From assembly GCA_017428635.1 (NCBI GenBank), contig JAFRQK010000027.1, forward strand, positions 6,748 through 70,747: a stretch of 64,000 bases of DNA, written 5' to 3'. Within the stretch, counting starts at the first letter, position 1. Each line of letters starts with the position of its first letter. Both the position numbers and the translations under genes were made by a program. The notes beneath the pieces were generated by a model, which had not been told where the DNA came from, searched no databases, and saw only the letters and a program-made list of their open reading frames with translations. The DNA is from Clostridia bacterium. GTDB taxonomy: Bacteria > Bacillota > Clostridia > Oscillospirales > CAG-272. This document shows, piece by piece, positions 1 to 8,965 of this stretch.

Positions 1-1
1 C

Positions 2-361
2 GCAGGCGCGAGAAGGGCGAGAGTTTACGTTCACAAGGAAGATATCGTCTCCGGCGCGTACCTCGCCGTCTGCATCAAAGGCGAACACGGCGTCGAGGGG
101 GCTTACGGCGTCATCGAGATCGACGGGCGGGAATACGGCTGCCCCGACAGGGCTTCCTCTTACCCCGCGATGTGCTGGGAGTGCGCCGTGAGAGACGCAG
201 ACTCCGGTTATACTTATTATATGCCGGTCACGCCCGCGATGGCGGAGAAAGAGATCAACGTTTTCGTTCTCGAGTTCACCGAGGAGGCAAAACAGTGCGA
301 GCTTTCCGCGCGTCTGTGCTTCCCGCGCGACGGAGAAGAGTGCCCCGAGATCGAACTGTGA
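2..361 (+). CDS. 3' end of a CDS that begins upstream of the window; product unknown
   Basis: Frame 2 is open from base 2 to the TGA at 359-361 (my translation ...VYVHKEDIVSGAYLAVCIKGEHGVEGAYGVIEIDGREYGCPD...). The track shows only the last 63 aa, from an internal Met. I recognise no family motif. Confidence 0.4.
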   Translation, partial: AGARRARVYVHKEDIVSGAYLAVCIKGEHGVEGAYGVIEIDGREYGCPDRASSYPAMCWECAVRDADSGYTYYMPVTPAMAEKEINVFVLEFTEEAKQCELSARLCFPRDGEECPEIEL

Positions 362-394
362 GGCCGAGGGGGTTACCCGAAAGGAGAGTCTTTT

Positions 395-2632
395 ATGAAA
401 AAGATCGTTTCGCTGTTTCTGGTCATCGTGATGATCGCAGGGATCGCGGCTTCATTCCCGGTCTCTGCCGATGCGTCTGAGCTTCCTTTCCGCGACGTGA
501 AGGCGGACGATTGGTTTTATCCTTACGTCAAATACGCGTACGACAATTCCCTGATGAAGGGAAAATCCGATACGGTTTTCGGTCCGAAGGATAAAGTCAC
601 CCGCGCCGAGATCGTCACCGTTTTTTACAGAATGGCGGGCGGATGGTGCGAATATCCCGAGCAGTATCTCAGGTTCACCGACGTCAAAAGAACGTCGACG
701 GAGTGGTATGCTCCATACGTCGGATGGGCGAAGAACGAGGGACTGATAGACGGATACAAGGACGGCTCGTTCCGTCCCGGCAATCCCGTCACGCGTCAGG
801 AACTTGCGAAACTGATCGTCAGTTTCATCCGATACCTTCGCGCGAATGCCTCCTCGGAGGATAAGATCGACTCCTTTACCGACGCCGCTTCTTTCCCCGA
901 ATGGTCAAGCGGGTATATAGAAGAACTCCGCTCTACCGGCCTGATGAAAGGCGATAAGAACGGCAGATTCAACCCCGTGGCGACGGCGACACGCGCGGAA
1001 GTTGCGACGGTCCTCACCCGCCTTTATCCCGCCGTCATCGAGGCGACTGCGCCGAAGGCGCCTCTTATGGGATGGAGCGCGTATTACGCGTTCGGTTGGT
1101 CTGCGACCGAAGACCGGATGATCGATCAGATGGACGCTGCGATCGAGCGCGGCCTTGCCGACGCGGGGTATAAAACTTTCTCCCTGGACGACTGGTGGTT
1201 CACCACGCGCGACGGCGAGACCGGCAGGGTCATGATCAGAGAGGATATGTTCCCGCACGGGATGAAATTCCTTGCCGACGCCGCGCATGAGCGCGGTCTG
1301 CTTGCGGGACTGTACACCGATATCGGGTACGATTCCTGCGGTTCAAGTGCTATCGGAGATATTATCTCGGGCATCAAAGTCGGGCTCGATTCCGGAAATA
1401 AGAAGGACGATCTGTATATCTATATGTCCGTCGGAAACTACCGCGACGAATACGCCCGAAAGCACCCGGAGGATCCGGGCGTCGAGTGCTGGGGATACGA
1501 CTATATCAAGATCGACTCGAACGGAACGGGTACGCACGGCATCAATGCGTCCGAATCTCACGTCGAAACGTGGAAGATAATAAAACAGATCGAGCGCGAG
1601 ACCGGCAGAGACCTCAACATGAATATGTGCCGGTGGATCTACGAGAGCCCTTATCAGTTCCTCGTCGGCGATTCGTGGAGATGCGGCGGCGACAGTGTTC
1701 CGGAATTCGGGTTCGTCACGTACGTCGTGGAGCAGATGAAGCGTTTCAGCGAGTATTCGACCCCCGGCCACTACGCCGACCTCGATATGCTTATGATCGG
1801 CATGGGTCTCACTCCGACCGAGGAGCGCTCCCATTTCGCGATGTGGTGTATGTTCTCCTCTCCTCTGCAGATCTCGTGCAACATCCGCAGCCTCACCGAC
1901 GATCAGATCGCGCTTCTGACAGACCCCGATCTGATCGCTCTCGATCAGGATCCGCTCGGCGACTGCGCGGCGTATATCGCTACGCTCGGAGAGAACACGA
2001 CCCTGTGGCGCAAGAAGACCGGAACGTCCGACGGCGGAACGGGCGCCCTGGCGCTGTTCAATCCCGGCGACGACGCCGAGGAAGTGACGGTCGATCTGTC
2101 GCTCGTCTTCGACGGAGGACGTGCGACGCTTTACGATCTGTTCGGGAAAGAAGATCTCGGAGAGAAGACGTCATTTACCGTTACGGTCGAGCCTCACGGC
2201 ACGCTGGTATTCAAGTACGAGACCGACTGCGCCGACGCGTTCCCGAACTTCAAATCGCTCGCGTATTACGAGTCGATCGGAGAGAGGCTGTATGACAGTT
2301 TATTCAGCGGCGATTTTTATACGTCAAAGGAGATCTCGAAAGAGGACGCCGAAGATCGGTTGTCTCAGCATCCTCTTTTCCGCGCAGTCCTGATCGACGC
2401 GAGAAGTGCGGAAGAGTATGCTAAGGGCCATTTGCCCGGCGCGATCAACGTGCCGTATCTCGAGATCGCGTCCCACGCGCGCGAACTTCCCTATACTACG
2501 AGCCGCGGGCTTGTCTCCAAGCCGCTGATAATCTACGCATCCTCGCGCGAGGAAGCCGAGCTCGCAAACTATTGCTTCAAGAAATTCAAATTCGACGTAT
2601 ACGTTCTCTTCGACACGGAGTACACGAAATAA
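395..2632 (+). CDS. Secreted SLH-anchored GH27-type alpha-galactosidase with a C-terminal rhodanese-like domain
   Basis: RBS AAAGGAG lies upstream. Signal peptide MKKIVSLFLVIVMIAGIAASFPVSA. Three SLH repeats (FRDVKADDWFYPYV..., FTDVKRTSTEWYAPYVGWAKNEGLIDGYKDGSFRPGNPVTRQE, FTDAASFPEWSSGYIEELRSTGLMKGDKNGRFNP..TRAE). Melibiase/GH27-like core (PLMGWSAYYAFGW, DYIKIDSNG). C-terminal rhodanese signature LIDARSAEEYAKGHLPGAINVPY. Confidence 0.8.
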   Translation: MKKIVSLFLVIVMIAGIAASFPVSADASELPFRDVKADDWFYPYVKYAYDNSLMKGKSDTVFGPKDKVTRAEIVTVFYRMAGGWCEYPEQYLRFTDVKRTSTEWYAPYVGWAKNEGLIDGYKDGSFRPGNPVTRQELAKLIVSFIRYLRANASSEDKIDSFTDAASFPEWSSGYIEELRSTGLMKGDKNGRFNPVATATRAEVATVLTRLYPAVIEATAPKAPLMGWSAYYAFGWSATEDRMIDQMDAAIERGLADAGYKTFSLDDWWFTTRDGETGRVMIREDMFPHGMKFLADAAHERGLLAGLYTDIGYDSCGSSAIGDIISGIKVGLDSGNKKDDLYIYMSVGNYRDEYARKHPEDPGVECWGYDYIKIDSNGTGTHGINASESHVETWKIIKQIERETGRDLNMNMCRWIYESPYQFLVGDSWRCGGDSVPEFGFVTYVVEQMKRFSEYSTPGHYADLDMLMIGMGLTPTEERSHFAMWCMFSSPLQISCNIRSLTDDQIALLTDPDLIALDQDPLGDCAAYIATLGENTTLWRKKTGTSDGGTGALALFNPGDDAEEVTVDLSLVFDGGRATLYDLFGKEDLGEKTSFTVTVEPHGTLVFKYETDCADAFPNFKSLAYYESIGERLYDSLFSGDFYTSKEISKEDAEDRLSQHPLFRAVLIDARSAEEYAKGHLPGAINVPYLEIASHARELPYTTSRGLVSKPLIIYASSREEAELANYCFKKFKFDVYVLFDTEYTK

Positions 2633-2657
2633 TTCTACATATAACATTAAAAAACAG

Positions 2658-2686
2658 TTGACGGAGCGAAAAAACTGTGTTATACT
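2658..2686 (+). promoter_or_regulatory. Sigma-A type promoter of rpsO (TTGACG-17 nt-TATACT, with a TGn extension)
   Basis: -35 TTGACG at 2658-2663 and -10 TATACT at 2681-2686, preceded by TGT. This leaves a ~120-nt leader before the rpsO ATG at 2814. Confidence 0.6.
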
Positions 2687-2813
2687 GTTAGGGCGCGTCC
2701 GGGGACGGGCGCGGAATACCTGCCGCACGGGTACAGGATAAAAGGCTGCTTAACGCAGAGGTATCACCCGCCGTACGCTGAGTGACAGGAAGAAATCAAA
2801 GAGGTGATTTGCT

Positions 2814-3080
2814 ATGATTACAAAGGAACAGAAACAGGAGCTTATCGAGAAGTATAAGACGCACGAGGGCGACACGGGTTCTCCCGAGGTACAGATCGCG
2901 ATCCTCACCCACAGGATCAACACCCTGACCGAGCACCTCAAAGTGAACAAGAAAGATCATCACAGCCGCAGAGGTCTGCACAAGATGGTCGGTCACAGAC
3001 GTAACCTCCTCGGTTACCTTCAGAAGAAGGACATCGAGCGTTACCGCGCTATCATCGAAAAGCTCGGGCTCAGAAGATAA
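2814..3080 (+). CDS. rpsO: 30S ribosomal protein S15
   Basis: 88 aa. The sequence [55 protein letters not shown] is the canonical S15 sequence. RBS AAAGAGGTGA. Located immediately upstream of pnp, the conserved synteny. Confidence 0.97.
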   Translation: MITKEQKQELIEKYKTHEGDTGSPEVQIAILTHRINTLTEHLKVNKKDHHSRRGLHKMVGHRRNLLGYLQKKDIERYRAIIEKLGLRR

Positions 3081-3092
3081 CTCATTAAATGC

Positions 3093-3140
3093 GCTGTTGC
3101 GGGAGACCGATACCTCTCCCGCGACAGCCGTTTGTTTGTT
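3093..3140 (+). terminator. rpsO terminator / pnp leader hairpin
   Basis: GCTGTTGCGGGAGA (3093-3106) pairs with TCTCCCGCGACAGC (3115-3128) with one G-U/mismatch, followed by CGTTTGTTTGTT. Confidence 0.6.
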
Positions 3141-3259
3141 AAAGACGTCTTTGTTCGGAGTTTTAGCCATTAAACAAGAGAACGGCGCGTTACGTCCTTT
3201 TGTTTAATTGCTGAACCTCCGAGACCGGACGAAAAAATAAAAAAACGGAGGATTTCAAA

Positions 3260-5350
3260 ATGTTTGAGAACTACAGAGTATTCAAGTACGAATACGCGGG
3301 CCGTCCTCTCGTCGTAGAGACGGGCAAGATGGCGGGCCTCGCAAACGGATCCGCTCTCGTTCGCTACGGCGACACGGCGATCCTCGCTTGCGCCACCGCA
3401 TCCAAGCGGCCGAGAGACGGCATCGATTTTCTGCCTCTTTCGATCGACTTCGAGGAGAGACTTTATTCCGTGGGCAGGATACCCGGATCGTTCCTCAAGA
3501 GAGAGGGAAGACCGACGGAGAAAGCTATCCTCACCGCGCGCGTCATCGACAGACCGGTGCGCCCGCTTTTCCCGAAGGATCTGAGAAACGACGTGGCGAT
3601 CACCCTGACCGTCCTGTCCGTTGACCACGACTGCTCCCCCGAGATCACCGGTATGATCGGCGCGTCGATCGCGCTGTCCATCTCCGATATCCCGTGGAAC
3701 GGACCGATCGGCGGTATGTTCGTCGGTCTGACCGAGGAAGAGGGCATCATCATGAACCCGACTTCCGAGCAGAGAAAGAGAAGTTCCCTCGAGCTCACCG
3801 TCGCGGCGTCCGAGAAGAAGGTCGTCATGATCGAGGCGGGCGCGAAGGAAGTCGCCGACGACGTGATGTTCGACGCGATCATGAAGGCGCATGAAGAGAT
3901 CAAGGGTCTCGTCGCGTTCATCAACTCGATCGTTTCTGAGATCGGCAAGCCGAAGTTCGAGTATCCTTCCTGCGAGCTCGATCACGATATGTTCGACAAA
4001 GTCTTCGACTTCTGCGAGGCGGACGTTATGGCGGCCCTCGACACCGACGACAAGACCGTCCGCGACGAGCGCATGGAGCCGATCCGCGACGCGATCATGG
4101 AGAGATTCCTCGAGGAATATCCCGATCTCGAAAGCGTTTATCCCGAACTCATCTACAAGATCCAGAAGAAGATCGTCCGCCGCTGGCTGCTTGAGGACAA
4201 AAAGCGCGTAGACGGCAGACGTATGGATCAGATCAGACCTCTCGCTGCCGAAGTCGGCCTCTTCAACAGAGTTCACGGAAGCGGTATGTTCACCAGAGGT
4301 CAGACGCAGGTCCTGACGATCGCCACCCTCGGCACGATCTCCGACGAGCAGATGCTCGACGGTATCAGCGAAGAGGATCACAAGAGATATATCCACCACT
4401 ACAATATGCCCGGCTACTCCGTCGGCGAGGCGAAATCGACGAGAAGCCCCGGCAGACGCGAGATCGGTCACGGCGCGCTGGCTGAGAGGGCTCTGCTTCC
4501 CGTTATCCCCGACGAGGAAGAGTTCCCCTACACGATCAGACTCGTTTCCGAGGTCATCAGCTCGAACGGATCCACGTCGCAGGCGTCCGTCTGCGGTTCG
4601 ACCCTCGCTCTTATGGACGCGGGCGTTCCGATCAAGGCGCCCGTCGCCGGCATCTCCTGCGGCCTTATAACCGAGGGCGACCGTTTCATGACGATGATCG
4701 ACATTCAGGGCCTTGAGGACTTCTACGGCGATATGGACTTCAAGGTCGCCGGAACGCACAAGGGCATCACCGCGATCCAGATGGACCTCAAGATCGACGG
4801 TCTGACCCCCGAGATCATCAAAGAGGCGTTTGAAGTCACCCACAAGGGCAGAGACTACATAATCGACGATATCATTCTTCAGGCGATCCCGGCTCCTCGT
4901 CCGGAGGTCTCCGAGTACGCGCCCAAGATGCTGACGATGAAGATCCCGGTCGACAAGATCAGCGAAGTCATCGGAAAGCAGGGCAAGGTCATTCAGGGAA
5001 TCGTCGCGGATACCGGAGCCAAGATCGACATCGAGGACGACGGAACGGTCTACATCGCGTCGCCTGACAAGAAGGCGATCGAGGCGGCAAAGGCGATCAT
5101 CGACGGTATCATCTTTGAGCCCGAGGTCGGAGCGATCTATACCGGCCGCGTGACGAGGATCATTCCGATCGGCGCGTTCGTCGAATTCGCGCCCGGCAAG
5201 GAAGGACTCGTCCACATTTCCAAACTTGACCGCAAGCGCACCGAGAAGGTCGAGGACGTATGCCAGGTCGGAGACGAGATGAAAGTCAAATTCCTCGGTA
5301 CCGACGAAAAGGGCAGAATGAATCTTTCGAGAAGAGACGCGCTCGATTAA
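3260..5350 (+). CDS. pnp: Polynucleotide phosphorylase (polyribonucleotide nucleotidyltransferase)
   Basis: 696 aa. Two RNase PH-like domains, then KH and S1 domains (GRVTRIIPIGAFVEFAPGKEGLVHISKL). Typical N-terminus ...GRPLVVETGKMA... Follows rpsO. Confidence 0.97.
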   Translation: MFENYRVFKYEYAGRPLVVETGKMAGLANGSALVRYGDTAILACATASKRPRDGIDFLPLSIDFEERLYSVGRIPGSFLKREGRPTEKAILTARVIDRPVRPLFPKDLRNDVAITLTVLSVDHDCSPEITGMIGASIALSISDIPWNGPIGGMFVGLTEEEGIIMNPTSEQRKRSSLELTVAASEKKVVMIEAGAKEVADDVMFDAIMKAHEEIKGLVAFINSIVSEIGKPKFEYPSCELDHDMFDKVFDFCEADVMAALDTDDKTVRDERMEPIRDAIMERFLEEYPDLESVYPELIYKIQKKIVRRWLLEDKKRVDGRRMDQIRPLAAEVGLFNRVHGSGMFTRGQTQVLTIATLGTISDEQMLDGISEEDHKRYIHHYNMPGYSVGEAKSTRSPGRREIGHGALAERALLPVIPDEEEFPYTIRLVSEVISSNGSTSQASVCGSTLALMDAGVPIKAPVAGISCGLITEGDRFMTMIDIQGLEDFYGDMDFKVAGTHKGITAIQMDLKIDGLTPEIIKEAFEVTHKGRDYIIDDIILQAIPAPRPEVSEYAPKMLTMKIPVDKISEVIGKQGKVIQGIVADTGAKIDIEDDGTVYIASPDKKAIEAAKAIIDGIIFEPEVGAIYTGRVTRIIPIGAFVEFAPGKEGLVHISKLDRKRTEKVEDVCQVGDEMKVKFLGTDEKGRMNLSRRDALD

Positions 5351-5360
5351 AAATCAGTAT

Positions 5361-5391
5361 GCGGGGAGGGGGATACCCTCCCCGCGTTTTT
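5361..5391 (+). terminator. Rho-independent terminator after pnp
   Basis: Perfect 10-bp stem GCGGGGAGGG / CCCTCCCCGC, 5-nt loop, then GTTTTT. Confidence 0.8.
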
Positions 5392-5405
5392 CATCGGAGG
5401 TAACG

Positions 5406-6560
5406 ATGAATAACGGACAAAACAGACGCCCCGAGGCGGCTCCCGCGCGGAGCAAAAGAAAAAGGGGCAGAAGTCTGAAATACGTCAGAAGACGGGACGG
5501 CTTGAACGCCGGATACATTATTTTCGCTGCGGTGATCGTTCTCATCCTCGCGGTATCTCTGTTTTTTATTTTTCGCGGGAAAGCGGCCGGACCGTCCGCC
5601 CCGGAGCAGACCGGATCGGAGACGGCAGAGCAGACCTTGCCGGAAACGGAGGCGAGGCGGGAGACGTTCATTGAAGTGCCGACCGCCGACGTCGCGGCGG
5701 GCGACCTCATCCTTGTGAATTACGATCACGCGTACGTTTTCCCGGAAAAGGACGATCTCGTCAACGTCTACGAGAATAAGACGGACGATTTCAAAGTCGC
5801 GTACTCTTATTATATGATGGACCGGCACGTGCTCGACGTTCTCATCTCGCTCACGCGAGAACTCAGCGAGACGACCGGAGAGGACGATCTGACGGTCAAC
5901 AGCGCGTACAGATCGCTTGAAGAACAGAGGCAGATCTACGACGAGTATACGGAAACGTGGGGCGAGGAAACGGCGAAGCTCTACGTCGCCGATCCCGGAT
6001 ACAGCGAGCACCACACGGGGCTCGCCGCCGATCTCACGCTCGTCCGCGACGACGGGACCGCTCTGCCGATCCTGCAGAGCGCGGCGTACGACGAGATCAT
6101 CCGTCTGCTTCGCGACAACGGATTCATTCTTCGGTATCCCGAGGGCAAAAAAGAGGTGACGCGGATCGAGACGGAGCCGTGGCATTTCAGATACGTCGGG
6201 CTGCCGCACTCTCTCATAATCGAAAAGACCGGACTCTGTTTTGAAGAATATATCGCATTTCTGAAAAACTTTACCCCCGACGGGAACGTACTGTTCCTTT
6301 CAACAGGCGGAAGACTGTCTTCCGTCCCGTTTGAAGAGGCGGGATCGTCAGGCGGCGGCTGCGCGATATACCGCGCCGCCGCGGGGACCGGAGACGTGAC
6401 GAAGATCCCCGTCCCCGACGGAGCGGACGAGCCGTCCGTATCCGGCGATAACGACGGCGGGTTCATCGTTACCGTCAATTTCGGCGCTTCTCCGGCGCGG
6501 GTAACGGGCGTGGGCGACGACGTTTCGGCAATAATAAAAACGATCGCTCCGTCAGACTGA
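5406..6560 (+). CDS. Membrane-anchored VanY/M15B-family D-alanyl-D-alanine carboxypeptidase
   Basis: RBS GGAGG. N-terminal basic region plus a TM helix (GYIIFAAVIVLILAVSLFFIF). M15 motifs SAYRSLEEQ, SEHHTGLAADL and EPWHFRYVG. Confidence 0.8.
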   Translation: MNNGQNRRPEAAPARSKRKRGRSLKYVRRRDGLNAGYIIFAAVIVLILAVSLFFIFRGKAAGPSAPEQTGSETAEQTLPETEARRETFIEVPTADVAAGDLILVNYDHAYVFPEKDDLVNVYENKTDDFKVAYSYYMMDRHVLDVLISLTRELSETTGEDDLTVNSAYRSLEEQRQIYDEYTETWGEETAKLYVADPGYSEHHTGLAADLTLVRDDGTALPILQSAAYDEIIRLLRDNGFILRYPEGKKEVTRIETEPWHFRYVGLPHSLIIEKTGLCFEEYIAFLKNFTPDGNVLFLSTGGRLSSVPFEEAGSSGGGCAIYRAAAGTGDVTKIPVPDGADEPSVSGDNDGGFIVTVNFGASPARVTGVGDDVSAIIKTIAPSD

Positions 6561-6626
6561 TTTCAGCAAACCGTTCGTCCGTTTTCAAAAAACCGTCACA
6601 TTCCGGGGGTACAATAAAGGCACAAA

Positions 6627-8219
6627 ATGATCCGAGAGATCACAGTGAAAGGAAAACGTGACATGGAAAACGAATTTGAAAAGAACGAAGCCGAAAACGT
6701 GACGGAACAGTTACCGGATCCCGAACAGATCGAAGAAGAGACGGCGCAGGCCGAAGAAGAGGCGGCGCAGATCGAAGAGGAAGTTTCCGAACGGATCGCG
6801 GAAGAGACCGCGGAAGAGGTCGGTGCGGAACCGGAAAAAGAATCGTTCACGCCGCCGTACTTCAATAACCTGCACTATACTCCGCGCGAACAGCCCGTAC
6901 CCCCGTACGGCGCGTCTGCGGACGGGCCTACGCCTCCGCACCTCGAAGGCGCTCCCGGATACGTTCCTCAGAACGGGGAGAGAGTCAGCTACGGCGTTCC
7001 CGACGTGAACGGAGGAAGGATCTCGTACGCTCCCGCGCAGCCCGTAAAACAGCCGAAGGAACCGAAAAAGAAGAAAAAGAGCGGCGGCAAGGGCTGGATC
7101 GCGATAGTCGCAGCCGTCTGCGTACTGCTCTCGTTCGGCGCCGGATTCCTCGGCGCGTACGTTGCGGGAGTGACAGGCAGCGTCAAGGCGGCCGAAGGGA
7201 CGGCGGATAACGATTCTCCGTCGACGGTCATCCGCCAGGTAGAACCGTCCGACGTTTCGGACAAGGAGCCGTCCGCGGGATCGGGCGTTTACGCCGACGT
7301 TGTCAGCGCGGTCGCCGATTCCGTCGTTGAGGTCTACACCGAGTACACGACGACTGGCTGGTTCCGTTACATCGTGAGCGGCGGCGGCTCCGGCGTCATC
7401 ATCTCCGAGGACGGATATATCATCACCAACAACCACGTCGTGATGGCTGACGACGACGTGACTCCCGCGGAGTCCGTCAAAGTCCGCACGAGAAGCGGCG
7501 AAGAATACCCGGCGACGATCGTAGGCGGCGACGCGGACGCCGATATCGCGGTCATCAAGATCGAGGCGACGGGACTCTCCTTTGCCACGTTCGGCGACAG
7601 CGATTCTCTTGCGGTAGGCGACGAAGTTCTTGCGATCGGCAACCCGCTCGGAGAACTCGGCGGCACCGTGACGAACGGTATCATCAGCGCTCTGGCGCGC
7701 GACATTTCCGTCGAGGGCAACGATATGACGCTGCTCCAGACGAACACCGCCATCAACCCGGGCAACTCCGGCGGCGGACTCTTCAATCTCAAAGGCGAAC
7801 TGATCGGCATCGTCAACGCGGTATCCGATTCGTCCGTCGAGGGCATCTCGTTCGCTATCCCGGGCAACGAGGCGCTAGCCATGGCGAAACAGATCATGGA
7901 AAAGGGTCCCTCCGTATCGAACAAGACGATAATCGGCGTTACTCTATACAACATTGACAGCGCTTACAAGGCGTCCGAATTCGGCGTGAACTCGCTCGGC
8001 GTCTATATCTACGAAGTCAAGGAAGGGTACAACGACGACGTGCTTCGGGTCAAAGACCGCGTCCTCGCGGTGAACGGCGTCGAGGTCGCCTCGGGCGACG
8101 ACGTGATCGCCGAGATCAGGAAACACGAACCGGGAGACAAGTGTGAGCTCACGCTGTTCCGCGACGGTGACGTCCTCAAAGTCGAAGTCACCTGCTTCGA
8201 GAGCGGCGGAGACGCATAA
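6627..8219 (+). CDS. HtrA/DegP-like trypsin-fold serine protease with a PDZ domain (membrane-anchored)
   Basis: Catalytic triad contexts TNNHVV, DADIAVIK and GNSGGGLFN. C-terminal PDZ-like region. Acidic/Pro-rich N-terminus, then a TM helix. Start is uncertain: 6627, or the ATG at 6663. Confidence 0.85.
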   Translation: MIREITVKGKRDMENEFEKNEAENVTEQLPDPEQIEEETAQAEEEAAQIEEEVSERIAEETAEEVGAEPEKESFTPPYFNNLHYTPREQPVPPYGASADGPTPPHLEGAPGYVPQNGERVSYGVPDVNGGRISYAPAQPVKQPKEPKKKKKSGGKGWIAIVAAVCVLLSFGAGFLGAYVAGVTGSVKAAEGTADNDSPSTVIRQVEPSDVSDKEPSAGSGVYADVVSAVADSVVEVYTEYTTTGWFRYIVSGGGSGVIISEDGYIITNNHVVMADDDVTPAESVKVRTRSGEEYPATIVGGDADADIAVIKIEATGLSFATFGDSDSLAVGDEVLAIGNPLGELGGTVTNGIISALARDISVEGNDMTLLQTNTAINPGNSGGGLFNLKGELIGIVNAVSDSSVEGISFAIPGNEALAMAKQIMEKGPSVSNKTIIGVTLYNIDSAYKASEFGVNSLGVYIYEVKEGYNDDVLRVKDRVLAVNGVEVASGDDVIAEIRKHEPGDKCELTLFRDGDVLKVEVTCFESGGDA

Positions 8220-8284
8220 AGAATGATCGTACGGTTGTCCGGGGCGGTTACGCCCCGGACGCCATTCCGTTTTATCGGGGGAGG

Positions 8285-8965
8285 ATGACGATGTATAAGA
8301 TCCTGGTAGTTGACGACGAGGAGAACATCCGCCGTCTCATAAGGAAATACGCCGAGTTCGAGGGCCATACAGTCGACGAGGCGAAGGACGGGATGGAGGC
8401 GATCGGGATGGTCCGCGAAGGCGGATACGACCTGCTCGTCGTCGATATAATGATGCCCGAGCTCGACGGATTCTCCGCGTGTCGGGAGATCAGAAAATTC
8501 TCCTCCGTTCCGATCATCCTTCTGAGCGCGAGAGGCGAGGAGTACGACAAGATCAACGGATTCGAGATCGGAGTCGACGATTACGTCGTGAAGCCGTTCT
8601 CTCCGAAAGAGCTCATGCTCCGGATCGACGCGATCATGAAAAGAGCGGGAGGGTCGCCTCAGCCGTCGGACGTCATCGTCGCGGGCGGTATCCGCGCGGA
8701 CGTCACGGCTCGTATCGTATACGTCGACGGCGAGCGCGTCGCGCTCACACCGAAGGAATACGACCTCCTCTTTTATATGATGAAGAACAAAAACGTCGCG
8801 CTCACGCGCGAGAAACTCATAACCGAGGTCTGGGGCTGGGACTATTACGGAGACGACAGAACGCTCGATACGCACGTAAAACTGCTGAGGCGCTCCCTCG
8901 GGGAGTGGTCGCGTATGATAGTCACGCTTCGTGGAGTGGGGTACCGCTTTGATGAAAACGCATAA
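8285..8965 (+). CDS. OmpR/PhoB-family response regulator
   Basis: Receiver motifs (ILVVDDEE, DLLVVDIMMPELDG, KPF). C-terminal winged helix (LTPKEYDLLFYMMKN...RGVGYRF). Confidence 0.9.
   Translation: MTMYKILVVDDEENIRRLIRKYAEFEGHTVDEAKDGMEAIGMVREGGYDLLVVDIMMPELDGFSACREIRKFSSVPIILLSARGEEYDKINGFEIGVDDYVVKPFSPKELMLRIDAIMKRAGGSPQPSDVIVAGGIRADVTARIVYVDGERVALTPKEYDLLFYMMKNKNVALTREKLITEVWGWDYYGDDRTLDTHVKLLRRSLGEWSRMIVTLRGVGYRFDENA

Noticed and set aside
3170-5215. 681-aa ORF on the minus strand, antisense to pnp
   Set aside because: It mirrors a confidently identified gene. The product is Arg/Asp/Leu-rich low-complexity with no start context. This is the typical shadow ORF of high-GC coding DNA.
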